The translations under genes and the position numbers were made by a program. A DNA stretch of 64,000 nucleotides from NCBI GenBank assembly GCA_035402805.1, contig DAONDY010000002.1:229111-293110 (forward strand), written 5' to 3'. Below are positions 1-9,173 of this stretch, piece after piece. Within the stretch, counting starts at the first letter, position 1. The number at the start of each line of letters is the position of its first letter. Origin of the DNA: Candidatus Woesebacteria bacterium (GTDB taxonomy: Bacteria > Patescibacteriota > Microgenomatia > UBA12405). A model generated the notes under the pieces. The model saw only the letters and a program-made list of their open reading frames with translations, ran no database searches and was not told where the DNA came from.

Positions 1-1365
1 TTTCAGGGATATAAATTTGAAGGAAAGGATTTGGCTTATGAGCTTAAAAGAACATATCCATATGGAGAATCGATGTCTTTTATAACGGGCTATGTGGGAA
101 AAGTTAACCAAAGCGATAAAGATAAGAATGAATGTGGAATAAAATTAGATGATGATGAAATAATAGGCAGAAGCGGGGTGGAATCGTTTTTAGATTGTCA
201 ATTAAGAGGGGAAGATGGAAGAAGATTGGTGGAAGTTGATGCTTTAGGAAAATATGTTAGAGAATTGGGAAGACAAGAACCGAAAGTATCTCCAGATTTA
301 GATCTATCAATAGATGCCTATTGGCAGGATAAAATTTATAAACTTTTGGATGGTAAAAAAGCGGTAGTAATTATTAGTGAACCAAAAACCGGAAAAATAA
401 TAAGTTTAGTATCTAGCCCAGGTTTTAATGCCAATGATTTTTCTTATGAGGTGGATTCGCTAAAGATTAAAGAATATTTGAATGATAATGAAAATTTACC
501 GATGATGAACAGGGCTATTTCTGGAAGATACAGTCCAGGGTCGGTCTTTAAAATAGTAATAGCAACGGCTGGTCTAGAAAGTGGAGTAATAAATAAAGAG
601 ACACAAATTGAAGACACTGGGATAATAAAGATTGGAGATTATTCTTATAAAACTTGGAGTGGAATTAGTGATGGGATGGTAAGTATAGTAAAAGCAATTA
701 AGAGATCAAACGATATCTTTTTTTATAAATTAGGAGAGATGTTAGGTTTGGATAGAATAGTTGATTGGGCTAAAAAATATGGTTATGGAACTAAAACAGG
801 AGTGGAATTAATTGGAGAATTAGATGGAATTGTGCCAGATTCGGAATGGAAAAAGAAGGTTAAAGGGGAAAATTGGTTTTTGGGAGATACTTATCATTTA
901 TCAATAGGACAGGGAGGCTTAAGTATTACTCCTTTGCAAGTTAATCAAATGACAAATATTATTGCCAATAAAGGAATGAAATGTAAAATGAGTATTTTGA
1001 AGAATAGTAAGGTTGAATGTGAAGATTTAAAACTGAAAAAAGAGAATGTGTCAACAATTATTGAGGGTATGAAAGCGGCTTGTAAAAGTGGAGGAACAGC
1101 TTGGCCTTTATTTAATTTTAAAACTGAAATTGCTTGTAAAACTGGAACAGCTGAAGTTGGTGATGGGAGTAAAGATACACAGGCTTGGTTGACAGCTTTT
1201 GCTCCGGCTGATGATCCTCAAATTTCAATTACAGTCTTGGTAGAAAGAGGCGGAGAGGGATCAGATGTGGCGGCGCCAATTGTGGGAGATATTTTAAAAG
1301 AATGGTTTGAAGAACCAAACACATTAGTGCCAAGATATACTAAAAATAGACAAGAAGCTGAATGA
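1..1365 (+). CDS. mrdA: Penicillin-binding protein 2 (class B transpeptidase), 5' end outside window
   Basis: Frame open from base 1; GRSGVE, DGRRLVEVD, YSPGSVFK (SxxK), SND and KTGTAE motifs. Confidence 0.9.
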   Translation, partial: FQGYKFEGKDLAYELKRTYPYGESMSFITGYVGKVNQSDKDKNECGIKLDDDEIIGRSGVESFLDCQLRGEDGRRLVEVDALGKYVRELGRQEPKVSPDLDLSIDAYWQDKIYKLLDGKKAVVIISEPKTGKIISLVSSPGFNANDFSYEVDSLKIKEYLNDNENLPMMNRAISGRYSPGSVFKIVIATAGLESGVINKETQIEDTGIIKIGDYSYKTWSGISDGMVSIVKAIKRSNDIFFYKLGEMLGLDRIVDWAKKYGYGTKTGVELIGELDGIVPDSEWKKKVKGENWFLGDTYHLSIGQGGLSITPLQVNQMTNIIANKGMKCKMSILKNSKVECEDLKLKKENVSTIIEGMKAACKSGGTAWPLFNFKTEIACKTGTAEVGDGSKDTQAWLTAFAPADDPQISITVLVERGGEGSDVAAPIVGDILKEWFEEPNTLVPRYTKNRQEAE

Positions 1366-1406
1366 GATGGCATTTTTATCTGGCTTGACAAGGGGTGATA
1401 TTATAG

Positions 1407-3401
1407 ATGACAATGAAAGATAAAATGAAAAAATTATTAATTGTAGAGTCACCAACTAAAGCTAGAACTATTGGAAAATATTTAGGTAATGATTTTAAAG
1501 TATTGGCAACTGTAGGTCATATTCGTGATTTGCCGACTAATAAAATGGCAGTGGATTTGAAAAATTTTACAGTGGAATATGTCATTGATGCTAAGAAAAA
1601 AAAAGTAGTTGATGAGTTAATAAAGGCTTCAAAAAGCGCCGACCAAATATTTCTTGCCTCCGATCCTGATCGTGAGGGAGAAGCTATTTCTTGGCATGTA
1701 AATTGGATTTTATTAAATGCCAAAAAACCAGTTAAAAAAGAAATAATTTCCAGAGTGACTTTTCATGAAATTACCAAGGAAGCAGTAGAGGAAGCAATAA
1801 AGAATTCTCGAGAAATTGACATGAATTTGGTTCAAGCACAACAGGGTAGAAGAGTTTTAGACAGGGTGGTGGGTTATAGTTTATCTCCTCTTTTATGGAA
1901 AAAAGTTAGACGAGGATTATCGGCTGGCCGGGTTCAGTCAGTGGCAGTAAGACTCATTTGTGAAAGAGAAAAAGAAATTGAAGCTTTTAAAAAAGAAAAA
2001 TATTTTTCGGTTTATAGTGAATTGCAAAAAAACGGAGAAAAATTTAATGCTGAATTAATTAAAGTTGATCGAAAGAATGTTTATAAAACCGACAAAATAA
2101 AATTGTTTGACGGGGAATATTCTTTTACCAGTTCGATATTCAAGACACAGAATGATGCAGAAGAATATATTAAAAATTTAGAAAAGGATTTTTTAATAAC
2201 TAAAATTTCAGGGAAAGAAGTTCACAGATTGCCATTACCAGCATTTACGACATCAAAATTACAACAAGCGGCATCAAGAAAAATGGGTTGGTCGGGTAAG
2301 CAAACAATGAGTGTAGCTCAAAAACTTTATGAAAAAGGTTTAATTACTTATCACAGAACCGATTCTGTTTATTTATCAGAAAAATCAATTTTAGAATTTA
2401 GAAAATATATTAAAGAAAAATTTGGAGAAAATTATTTAGTTCCAAAAATTAGATTTTATAAAAATACTTCAAAAAATGCTCAAGAGGCACATGAGGCAAT
2501 CAGACCGACAAATGTATCAAAACCATTTATTGATGATGGTGATGTTAGAGAAAATAAATTGTATGAAATGATTTGGAAAAGGGCAGTGGCCACTCAAGGA
2601 GCGGCGGCAATCGTGCAAAATACTACTGTATTATTTTCCAATAAAAACGGTATTTTTGAATCAAAAGGAGTAAGAATGTTGTTCGATGGATTTTTAAAAA
2701 TTACTGGTGATAAACATGAGGATCAGTTGTTACCAGAGTTGAAAGAAAATGAAAAAATTAATGGTAAAAAAAATTGGTCGGTAGAGTCGGAAACTAATCC
2801 AATGCCGCGATATAGTGATGCCAGTTTAGTTTCTAGTTTAGAAAAACAAGGAATTGGTAGACCATCAACTTATGCACCAATTATTTCAACCATTTTATTA
2901 AGACAATATGTGGAAAGAGAAGAAGGTAAATTTAAACCGACAGTTTTAGGTCAAGCGACTAATGAGTTTTTAGTTAAGAATTTTGCCAATGTTTTATCTC
3001 TACCTTTTACAGCTGAAATGGAAGAAGACTTGGATAAAATTGCCTTGAATAAGATTGAGTGGGAAGAGATGATGAAAAATTTTTGGAAACAATTCGAAAA
3101 AGAGTTGAAACTAGCTGAAAGTGGAAGTGAAAGAGTAAAAGTGGAAGCAGAAAAAACTGGGGAAAAGTGTCCACAATGTGGCGAAGGAGAGTTGGTGATT
3201 AGATTAGGAAGATTTGGTAAGTTTATTTCTTGCAACAGATTTCCGGATTGCAAATATACTAGACCGTTTCAGGAAGCGGCTGGATTTAAATGTCCAGAAT
3301 GTGGAGCTGATGGAGTGGTTCGTAAAACTAAGACTGGTAGAAAGTTCTATGGATGTTCGAAATATCCGACCTGTAAATGGGCTGGGTGGAAAAAACCTTA
3401 A
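1407..3401 (+). CDS. topA: DNA topoisomerase I
   Basis: IVESPTKA Toprim, DPDREGEAI, SAGRVQS, ITYHRTD catalytic Tyr, two C-terminal Zn ribbons; exact start among 1407/1413/1425 uncertain. Confidence 0.97.
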   Translation: MTMKDKMKKLLIVESPTKARTIGKYLGNDFKVLATVGHIRDLPTNKMAVDLKNFTVEYVIDAKKKKVVDELIKASKSADQIFLASDPDREGEAISWHVNWILLNAKKPVKKEIISRVTFHEITKEAVEEAIKNSREIDMNLVQAQQGRRVLDRVVGYSLSPLLWKKVRRGLSAGRVQSVAVRLICEREKEIEAFKKEKYFSVYSELQKNGEKFNAELIKVDRKNVYKTDKIKLFDGEYSFTSSIFKTQNDAEEYIKNLEKDFLITKISGKEVHRLPLPAFTTSKLQQAASRKMGWSGKQTMSVAQKLYEKGLITYHRTDSVYLSEKSILEFRKYIKEKFGENYLVPKIRFYKNTSKNAQEAHEAIRPTNVSKPFIDDGDVRENKLYEMIWKRAVATQGAAAIVQNTTVLFSNKNGIFESKGVRMLFDGFLKITGDKHEDQLLPELKENEKINGKKNWSVESETNPMPRYSDASLVSSLEKQGIGRPSTYAPIISTILLRQYVEREEGKFKPTVLGQATNEFLVKNFANVLSLPFTAEMEEDLDKIALNKIEWEEMMKNFWKQFEKELKLAESGSERVKVEAEKTGEKCPQCGEGELVIRLGRFGKFISCNRFPDCKYTRPFQEAAGFKCPECGADGVVRKTKTGRKFYGCSKYPTCKWAGWKKP

Positions 3402-3631
3402 TCGTTTTTTAGATTCAGTTTTTTAAGATTTTCTTGGGAACATTTGGTGCAGTCAGACTTGAAAATTAATTTATCGACCCAAAAGAAAATTAAACCGCCA
3501 ATTAAATTAGCAAAAATGGTGGCTTTTATCCCGGTGCCAAGATTTTTAACAACCAACCAAAGAATAGGGGTGCTGAGTTGCCAACGAAAAAGATAGAGCA
3601 GAAATTTTTTTAAACTATTTTTTTGCCCCAT
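3398..3631 (-). CDS. Small two-TM membrane protein (GtrA-like hypothetical)
   Basis: YLFRWQLSTPIL...ANLIGGLIFFWVD two hydrophobic helices; overlaps 3' end of upstream ATPase gene. Confidence 0.6.
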   Translation of the reverse strand: MGQKNSLKKFLLYLFRWQLSTPILWLVVKNLGTGIKATIFANLIGGLIFFWVDKLIFKSDCTKCSQENLKKLNLKND

Positions 3632-5778
3632 CTTTGTTGAGAAGTATTTATAAGTTTGGCTCGTTGTTGATTTTTACAGGAAAGTGGGGCTAAAGTAGTG
3701 GCATAAAAAGGTTCGGTAGTTTCTGAGTCTATAGAAAGTTTACAGACAATTTGATATTTCCCAATTTTAATTAAATCTTCAGGAGGGAAGGCAGGTCCAA
3801 ATTCTTTAGCTAAGATAAAAGCATCCTGATTACCAACTACAAAAGACATAATTGAACCGACGTTGCCTAAAATGGCGTCTTGGATAGTTTTGTCGAGCTG
3901 TGACATATATTGGTTGGCGACGATTAAATTTAATTTAAATTTACGAGCTTCAGAAAGAATTTTAATAAAAGCTTCAGTGGCAAAATTTTGGAACTCATCA
4001 ACGTAGAGATAAAAATCGGAACGATCTTCACTGGCTTGAAAAACACGATTCATAGCTGAGAGTTGGATTTGAGTAATTAACATGGCGCCTAATAGAGAAG
4101 AATTATCTTCACCAAGACGACCAGTGGATAAATCAGCAATTAAAATCTTCTTTTGATCCATTATTTCTTGGATATTTATTTTTGATTTAGCATGGGCGAC
4201 AGTATTTCTAATATTTGTTGAAGAAATAAACTGGCCAACTTTATTTAAGATAGGGGAAACAGCTTCGTTTTGGAACTTAGGATCCATGCGATCGAATTCA
4301 TTATGCCAAAAATTAATTAAGGTTTGATTGGTTAATTGAGAGACTGCTTTTTGGCGGAAATTTTTATTAGTTAAAATTTCAACGATATGGGTCATATCGG
4401 ATCCTGGAATATTGACTAGAGTTAAAACGGCATTTCTTAAGATATGTTCAAGACGAGGACCCCAAGAAATATTGCCATAAAGTTTTTTAAAAATTGAAAG
4501 AACACCAGAAGCAATCAATTCTTTTTGATTTTCATTTTTGGCCTCTAAAACATTGAGAGGATAGGCATATTCTGGATCAGCTGGATTAAAATAACAACAA
4601 TCGTTAATACGATTACTAGGAATGTAATCAAGGATGGTATTACATAAATCACCGTGAGGATCGATAACAGCAACGCCTCGACCTTTACGAATATCGTCAA
4701 TGGCCATATTGGCAATTAAAGTTGTTTTACCAGTACCAGATTTACCGATAATGTAGGTATGGCGGCGGCGATCTTCGCCTTGTTTAATACCAAAAATAGA
4801 GTCTTTATTTCTAAATTCAGTTTTAGCAAAAAAAGTAATTTCATTTTTTTGTTCAGGAGTGAGATTATCGGCAATTGGAAGATTTTCTGGCGGATCGGCA
4901 TAAAGTTTCTTACCCCAGGCAATATTGGGAAGCTTGGTATTTTGGTTGGGAAAATGCCAAATGGCGGCTAATTCTTCGGTATTAAATATTTGGCTTTTTA
5001 ACTTGGAATTAAATTTGCGAAGGCAAATAGATTCTCGAAGTTTCTTTTTAGTGAAGAAAACAGGGGTAAAATTTTTAATAAAATTACCACGAGGGTTGGT
5101 GTAGGCACCAAAAGAAGAGGAAACTGAAGAAATAAGTCCGGGATTATTGCTCAAAAGATTAATTTGGGTATAAAGACCGGGAAATTGAATTTTTTGTTCA
5201 AAAATGGCTTTGTCAGGATGGGCGGTACGAATATTTCTTTCTTTATCGACCAAAATGCCATTTTGAATGGTGCCAATAATTCCACTTTGCCAATTTTTGG
5301 GAGCACCGCTTAAAAGAATTTGGAAGAGAAAAAAATCTTTATTGTTATTAGACCTGGAAAGGGGAGCTAAAACGGAAGTTAAAGGATCGGTATCTTTAAA
5401 ATCTTTGGCGGTTTTAGTGGGGTAATCGTAAGATCGGCCTAAACCAAGCTGAGTAAAACTAATGGGTAATTGAGGATCGAGTTCTAAAAGGTAATCTTTG
5501 GTTTCTCGTAAAATAGCAGTGGAATACTGGGCGAGGATTTGGGAACGAAGAAACTCACTATTATTAGAAAGGGCGGCGATATAAAAATGAATTTGGCCAT
5601 CTTTCAAAACTATTTCTAACGAAACAATGGTTTTCTTTTTGCCAATTATTTTTTCAAAAAACGAAAGATTGGAAAATTGGGTGAAATTTGATAAAAGGGC
5701 AGACATCGATTCAAAAGTGTGTTCATTGGTTTGAGGTAGACGAACTTCAAAAATTGAAAGACTGGCAGTGTCAGACAT
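3610..5778 (-). CDS. HerA/VirD4 (T4SS coupling protein)-like P-loop ATPase
   Basis: DRRRHTYIIGKSGTGKT Walker A, IDPHGD, LYVDEFQNF Walker B, SEARKF, ANQY. Confidence 0.85.
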   Translation of the reverse strand: MSDTASLSIFEVRLPQTNEHTFESMSALLSNFTQFSNLSFFEKIIGKKKTIVSLEIVLKDGQIHFYIAALSNNSEFLRSQILAQYSTAILRETKDYLLELDPQLPISFTQLGLGRSYDYPTKTAKDFKDTDPLTSVLAPLSRSNNNKDFFLFQILLSGAPKNWQSGIIGTIQNGILVDKERNIRTAHPDKAIFEQKIQFPGLYTQINLLSNNPGLISSVSSSFGAYTNPRGNFIKNFTPVFFTKKKLRESICLRKFNSKLKSQIFNTEELAAIWHFPNQNTKLPNIAWGKKLYADPPENLPIADNLTPEQKNEITFFAKTEFRNKDSIFGIKQGEDRRRHTYIIGKSGTGKTTLIANMAIDDIRKGRGVAVIDPHGDLCNTILDYIPSNRINDCCYFNPADPEYAYPLNVLEAKNENQKELIASGVLSIFKKLYGNISWGPRLEHILRNAVLTLVNIPGSDMTHIVEILTNKNFRQKAVSQLTNQTLINFWHNEFDRMDPKFQNEAVSPILNKVGQFISSTNIRNTVAHAKSKINIQEIMDQKKILIADLSTGRLGEDNSSLLGAMLITQIQLSAMNRVFQASEDRSDFYLYVDEFQNFATEAFIKILSEARKFKLNLIVANQYMSQLDKTIQDAILGNVGSIMSFVVGNQDAFILAKEFGPAFPPEDLIKIGKYQIVCKLSIDSETTEPFYATTLAPLSCKNQQRAKLINTSQQRWGKKIV

Positions 5779-5835
5779 AAAACTATTTTAGCAATATTTT
5801 AAGTAAAATGATGAAACTACAGAGATTTGTTTTTG

Positions 5836-5914
5836 TGATATAATTTCCAAGTTAATATTTTTTAAATTTTTAACACTTATTTATCCTGGGCAAATTATTC
5901 CCTGTGTTAAAAAT
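5836..5914 (+). promoter_or_regulatory. rpsB extended -10 promoter and structured 5' leader
   Basis: TGATATAAT at 5836-5844; 11-bp stem ATTTTTAACAC (5866-5876)/GTGTTAAAAAT (5904-5914) before SD AAGGA; candidate S2 autogenous control leader. Confidence 0.55.
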
Positions 5915-5934
5915 CAATAATAAGGAAAAACAAA

Positions 5935-6843
5935 ATGGTAGACAAAAAAAAGATCAAGGTAAAAACCGTTAACCGAAGTGGAAAATCTTTGGTTAAAAAA
6001 GCTTTAGTGGTTAAGACTAAAATTCAAAGCAATATCACTTCAGAAAACATCAAAAAGATGAATGAAAAAGTGGCAGCGCAAAAGGAAGCTTTGGCAAATA
6101 AAAAGAACGAGGAAGTGGAAACAGTTAAGAAGGAAGTTGTCAAAGAAGATAAAAAATACAATTTAACTATTGGATTAAAAGATTTATTAAATGCTGGAAG
6201 CCATTTAGGACACAAGATTTCTAAGACTCATCCAAAATCTTTGGTAAACGTTTATACCCAAAAAGATGGGGTTCAAGTTTTTGATTTAGTTAAAACCCTT
6301 GATGCTTTAGAAAAAGCCTGCAATTTTATTTATAATGCCAAAAGAAATGGTAAACAGATAGTTTTATTGGGAACAAAAAGACAAGCCAGAGAAGTTGTTA
6401 GACGAGTAGCTATGGAAGCTGGGGTTCCTTATGTCACAGACAGATGGTTAGGTGGAACAATTACTAATTGGGAACAAATTAAAAAGAATACTAAAAAACT
6501 AACTGATCTTAGAGATGGTATTTCAAAGGGAAAATTTGCTGAGGCAACCAAAAAAGAAATATCAGAAATCAATAAAGAAATTGCTAGATTAGAAAAAATA
6601 GTTGGTGGTTTAGTTAATGTTGATAAATTTTTTGATATTTTATTTGTAGTTGATGCTGGTTTTGAAAAAACTGCCATTAAAGAGGCCAGTATTAGAAATG
6701 TTAAAACCGTGGGAATAGTTGATAGTGATACTAACCCATTTAAAATCAATTTTGCAATCCCAGCAAATGATGACAGTGTTAAAAGTGTGACTTTAATTGT
6801 GGAAGAAATTGGAAAGGCAATTAAAGCAGCAGGAGTTAAATAA
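5935..6843 (+). CDS. rpsB: 30S ribosomal protein S2 with ~75-aa Lys-rich N-terminal extension
   Basis: LLNAGSHLGH, GTKRQA, RWLGGTITNW, IPANDDS motifs; next to tsf. Confidence 0.96.
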   Translation: MVDKKKIKVKTVNRSGKSLVKKALVVKTKIQSNITSENIKKMNEKVAAQKEALANKKNEEVETVKKEVVKEDKKYNLTIGLKDLLNAGSHLGHKISKTHPKSLVNVYTQKDGVQVFDLVKTLDALEKACNFIYNAKRNGKQIVLLGTKRQAREVVRRVAMEAGVPYVTDRWLGGTITNWEQIKKNTKKLTDLRDGISKGKFAEATKKEISEINKEIARLEKIVGGLVNVDKFFDILFVVDAGFEKTAIKEASIRNVKTVGIVDSDTNPFKINFAIPANDDSVKSVTLIVEEIGKAIKAAGVK

Positions 6844-6876
6844 GTTTAAAGTTATAAAGTTTATAAAGTTAAAAGT
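6842..6876 (+). repeat. Degenerate AAAGTT(TAT) short tandem repeat
   Basis: aagttt aaagttat aaagtttat aaagtt aaaagt fills the rpsB-tsf spacer. Confidence 0.7.
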
Positions 6877-7335
6877 ATGGATAACAATAAAATAATTGAA
6901 TTAGTTAAAAAAATTAGAGCTGAATTAGGCTTGGGAATTATGGAAATAAAATCTGCTTTAGAAGAGGCGGATGGTGATGAAAAAAAAGCCAAAGAAATTT
7001 TAAAAGAAAAAGGTTTTAAAAAAGCAGAAAGTAAAGCTGAAAGAGAAACTCATCAAGGAAGAGTGGCAACTTATACTCATGCTACTGGTAAGATCGGTGT
7101 CATGGTGGAGTTACTTTGTGAAACTGATTTCGTGGCTAAACATGAAGATTTTTTGGCCTTAACCAAAGACCTTTGTTTGCAAATTGCGGCTATGAATCCA
7201 GAAACTGTCGAAGATTTAATGAAGCAAGAATTTATTAAAGATCCAAGTAAAACTATTGAAGAAATGGTCAAAACCTTGATTTCTAAATTTGGCGAAAATA
7301 TGAAAATCAACCGTTTTGCTAGATTTGAGATTTAG
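6877..7335 (+). CDS. tsf: Elongation factor Ts (short form)
   Basis: UBA-like N-terminus, ELLCETDFVAK, QIAAMNP, GENMKINRFARF. Confidence 0.95.
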   Translation: MDNNKIIELVKKIRAELGLGIMEIKSALEEADGDEKKAKEILKEKGFKKAESKAERETHQGRVATYTHATGKIGVMVELLCETDFVAKHEDFLALTKDLCLQIAAMNPETVEDLMKQEFIKDPSKTIEEMVKTLISKFGENMKINRFARFEI

Positions 7336-7340
7336 AAATA

Positions 7341-7423
7341 TAAATTTTCGTCACAAATTTTTTATGTCTGATGAATGTGCGGTGCACGTTCAAGGCCATA
7401 AAAAATTATGACTTCAAATTTAA
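7341..7423 (+). repeat. ~85-bp imperfect hairpin element, copy 1
   Basis: Near-identical to 14642-14726; nested stems AAATTT, GTCA, AATTTTTTATG/CATAAAAAATT, TGAATGTG/CACGTTCA. Confidence 0.85.
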
Positions 7424-7431
7424 TTAGTTTA

Positions 7432-7457
7432 GCCCTCCGAGAAATCGGAGGGTTTTT
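7432..7457 (+). terminator. Intrinsic terminator of rpsB-tsf
   Basis: GCCCTCCGA-GAAA-TCGGAGGGT followed by T tract. Confidence 0.85.
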
Positions 7458-7473
7458 GGTATAATTTAAGCAT

Positions 7474-8025
7474 ATGATAAATTTCACCGACGTAAAAACG
7501 AGAATGGAAAAGATTAGTGGTTTATTTGTTAATGACATTGCTTCAATAAGAACAGGTCGAGCTACCCCAGGATTGATTGAAAATGTGGTAGTGACTGTTT
7601 ATGGTGGCCAAAAAATGAAATTAATCGAATTAGGATCGATCGGGGTGCCGGATGTTCGTAGTTTAACTTTTGAAGCTTGGGATCAAACCTTGACTAGAGA
7701 AATTGCTAATGGAATAGCGGCGGCTAATATTGGAATGACACCAGCAGTTGATGGAAATACTATTAGAATGAGTTTGCCAATGTTGACAGTGGAACAGAGA
7801 GAGGATTATATAAAACTTTTAGGGAGAAAATTAGAAGGAGCTAGAGTAATGATTCGTGATGCTAGAGGCGATTTTAGAAATGGTTTACAAAAAGCTAAAA
7901 ACGATAAAACTATTTCCGAAGATGAATTTAAGAAAGATGAAACTGAACTACAAAAAACAACCGACCTTTATATAAATAAATTAGAAGAAATTGCTAAGAA
8001 GAAGGAATTAGAAATAAGGGGCTAA
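7474..8025 (+). CDS. frr: Ribosome recycling factor
   Basis: IRTGRATP, VYG, LTVEQR, RDAR motifs; length 183 aa. Confidence 0.96.
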   Translation: MINFTDVKTRMEKISGLFVNDIASIRTGRATPGLIENVVVTVYGGQKMKLIELGSIGVPDVRSLTFEAWDQTLTREIANGIAAANIGMTPAVDGNTIRMSLPMLTVEQREDYIKLLGRKLEGARVMIRDARGDFRNGLQKAKNDKTISEDEFKKDETELQKTTDLYINKLEEIAKKKELEIRG

Positions 8026-8027
8026 TT

Positions 8028-9080
8028 ATGGATTTAATAATTTTTATAGTGGCTCTTTCCATTTTAGTTTTAGTTCATGAATTTGGACATTTTTTTGCAG
8101 CCAGAAGAACTGGAGTGAAAGTGGAGGAATTTGGTTTAGGTTTACCACCTAGAATATTTGGTAAAAAAATTAAAGATACTATATATAGTATAAATTGGTT
8201 GCCGATTGGTGGTTTTTGTAAATTATATGGTGAGGATGGTGATGGAAAAGGCGGAGAAGCTTTTAATCATAAAAAACCGTGGCAGAAATTGATAATAGTT
8301 TTGGGCGGGGTATTAATGAATTTGATTTTGGCAATTTTAATCTTTAGTGTGGTTTACACAATTTTGGGAATTCCAAAACAGACAGATAAAGTAAAAATTA
8401 TTGAAATTTCAAAAAATTCGCCGGCGGAAAAAGTTGGTTTAAAAGAAGAGGATGTCATTTTGAAAGTGGCTGATAAAGAAATTAAAGATCCAAATGAATT
8501 GACGGCTGAGGTGGCTAAATATAAAGGACAGTTTATCAAGTTAAAAGTTTATCAAGTTGATAAAGTTGAAAGAGAAATAAGTGTTGAGGTAAGAGAAAAC
8601 CCGCCAGAAGGGGAAGGGTCAATGGGAATTGCCATTTCTAATACGGAAATGGTCAAGATGCCTTGGTATAGAATTGATCAAGGAATTGTAGCTGGTTTTA
8701 AAGAAGCCTATTTTTGGGGTAAAATTATAGCTAGTGGAGTGTTTAAAATGATTGGAGGATTGTTTATGGGCCAGCTTCCAAAAGATGTTAGTGGTCCGAT
8801 TGGAATGTATGAAGCAACTAGTTCTATTAATAAAAATCAGGGATTTTTGGCAGTGGTTCATTTTTTTGGAATTGTGTCGGTTAATTTGGCGGTGGTAAAT
8901 ATTTTGCCTTTTCCAGCATTGGATGGAGGCAGAATTATTTTTGTGTTATATGAAATGATTACCAAGAAAAAAGCTAACCAGAAATTAGAAATGGTAGTGA
9001 ATAATATTGGAATGATATTATTATTGACTTTAATTTTGTTGATAACAGTGGGGGATATAAGCAGAGTGTTGGGAAAATAA
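8028..9080 (+). CDS. rseP: RIP metalloprotease RseP (M50, PDZ)
   Basis: HEFGH, PIGGF, PDZ SPAEKVGL, SGPIG, NILPFPALDGG. Confidence 0.95.
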   Translation: MDLIIFIVALSILVLVHEFGHFFAARRTGVKVEEFGLGLPPRIFGKKIKDTIYSINWLPIGGFCKLYGEDGDGKGGEAFNHKKPWQKLIIVLGGVLMNLILAILIFSVVYTILGIPKQTDKVKIIEISKNSPAEKVGLKEEDVILKVADKEIKDPNELTAEVAKYKGQFIKLKVYQVDKVEREISVEVRENPPEGEGSMGIAISNTEMVKMPWYRIDQGIVAGFKEAYFWGKIIASGVFKMIGGLFMGQLPKDVSGPIGMYEATSSINKNQGFLAVVHFFGIVSVNLAVVNILPFPALDGGRIIFVLYEMITKKKANQKLEMVVNNIGMILLLTLILLITVGDISRVLGK

Positions 9081-9173
9081 AAATCAGTTTATCTTCAGTT
9101 GTTTTAGTAACTGATACGTTGACTTAATTTTTTAAAAGTGTTTTACTTTTCTATAAGATATTTTTTATAAAAA

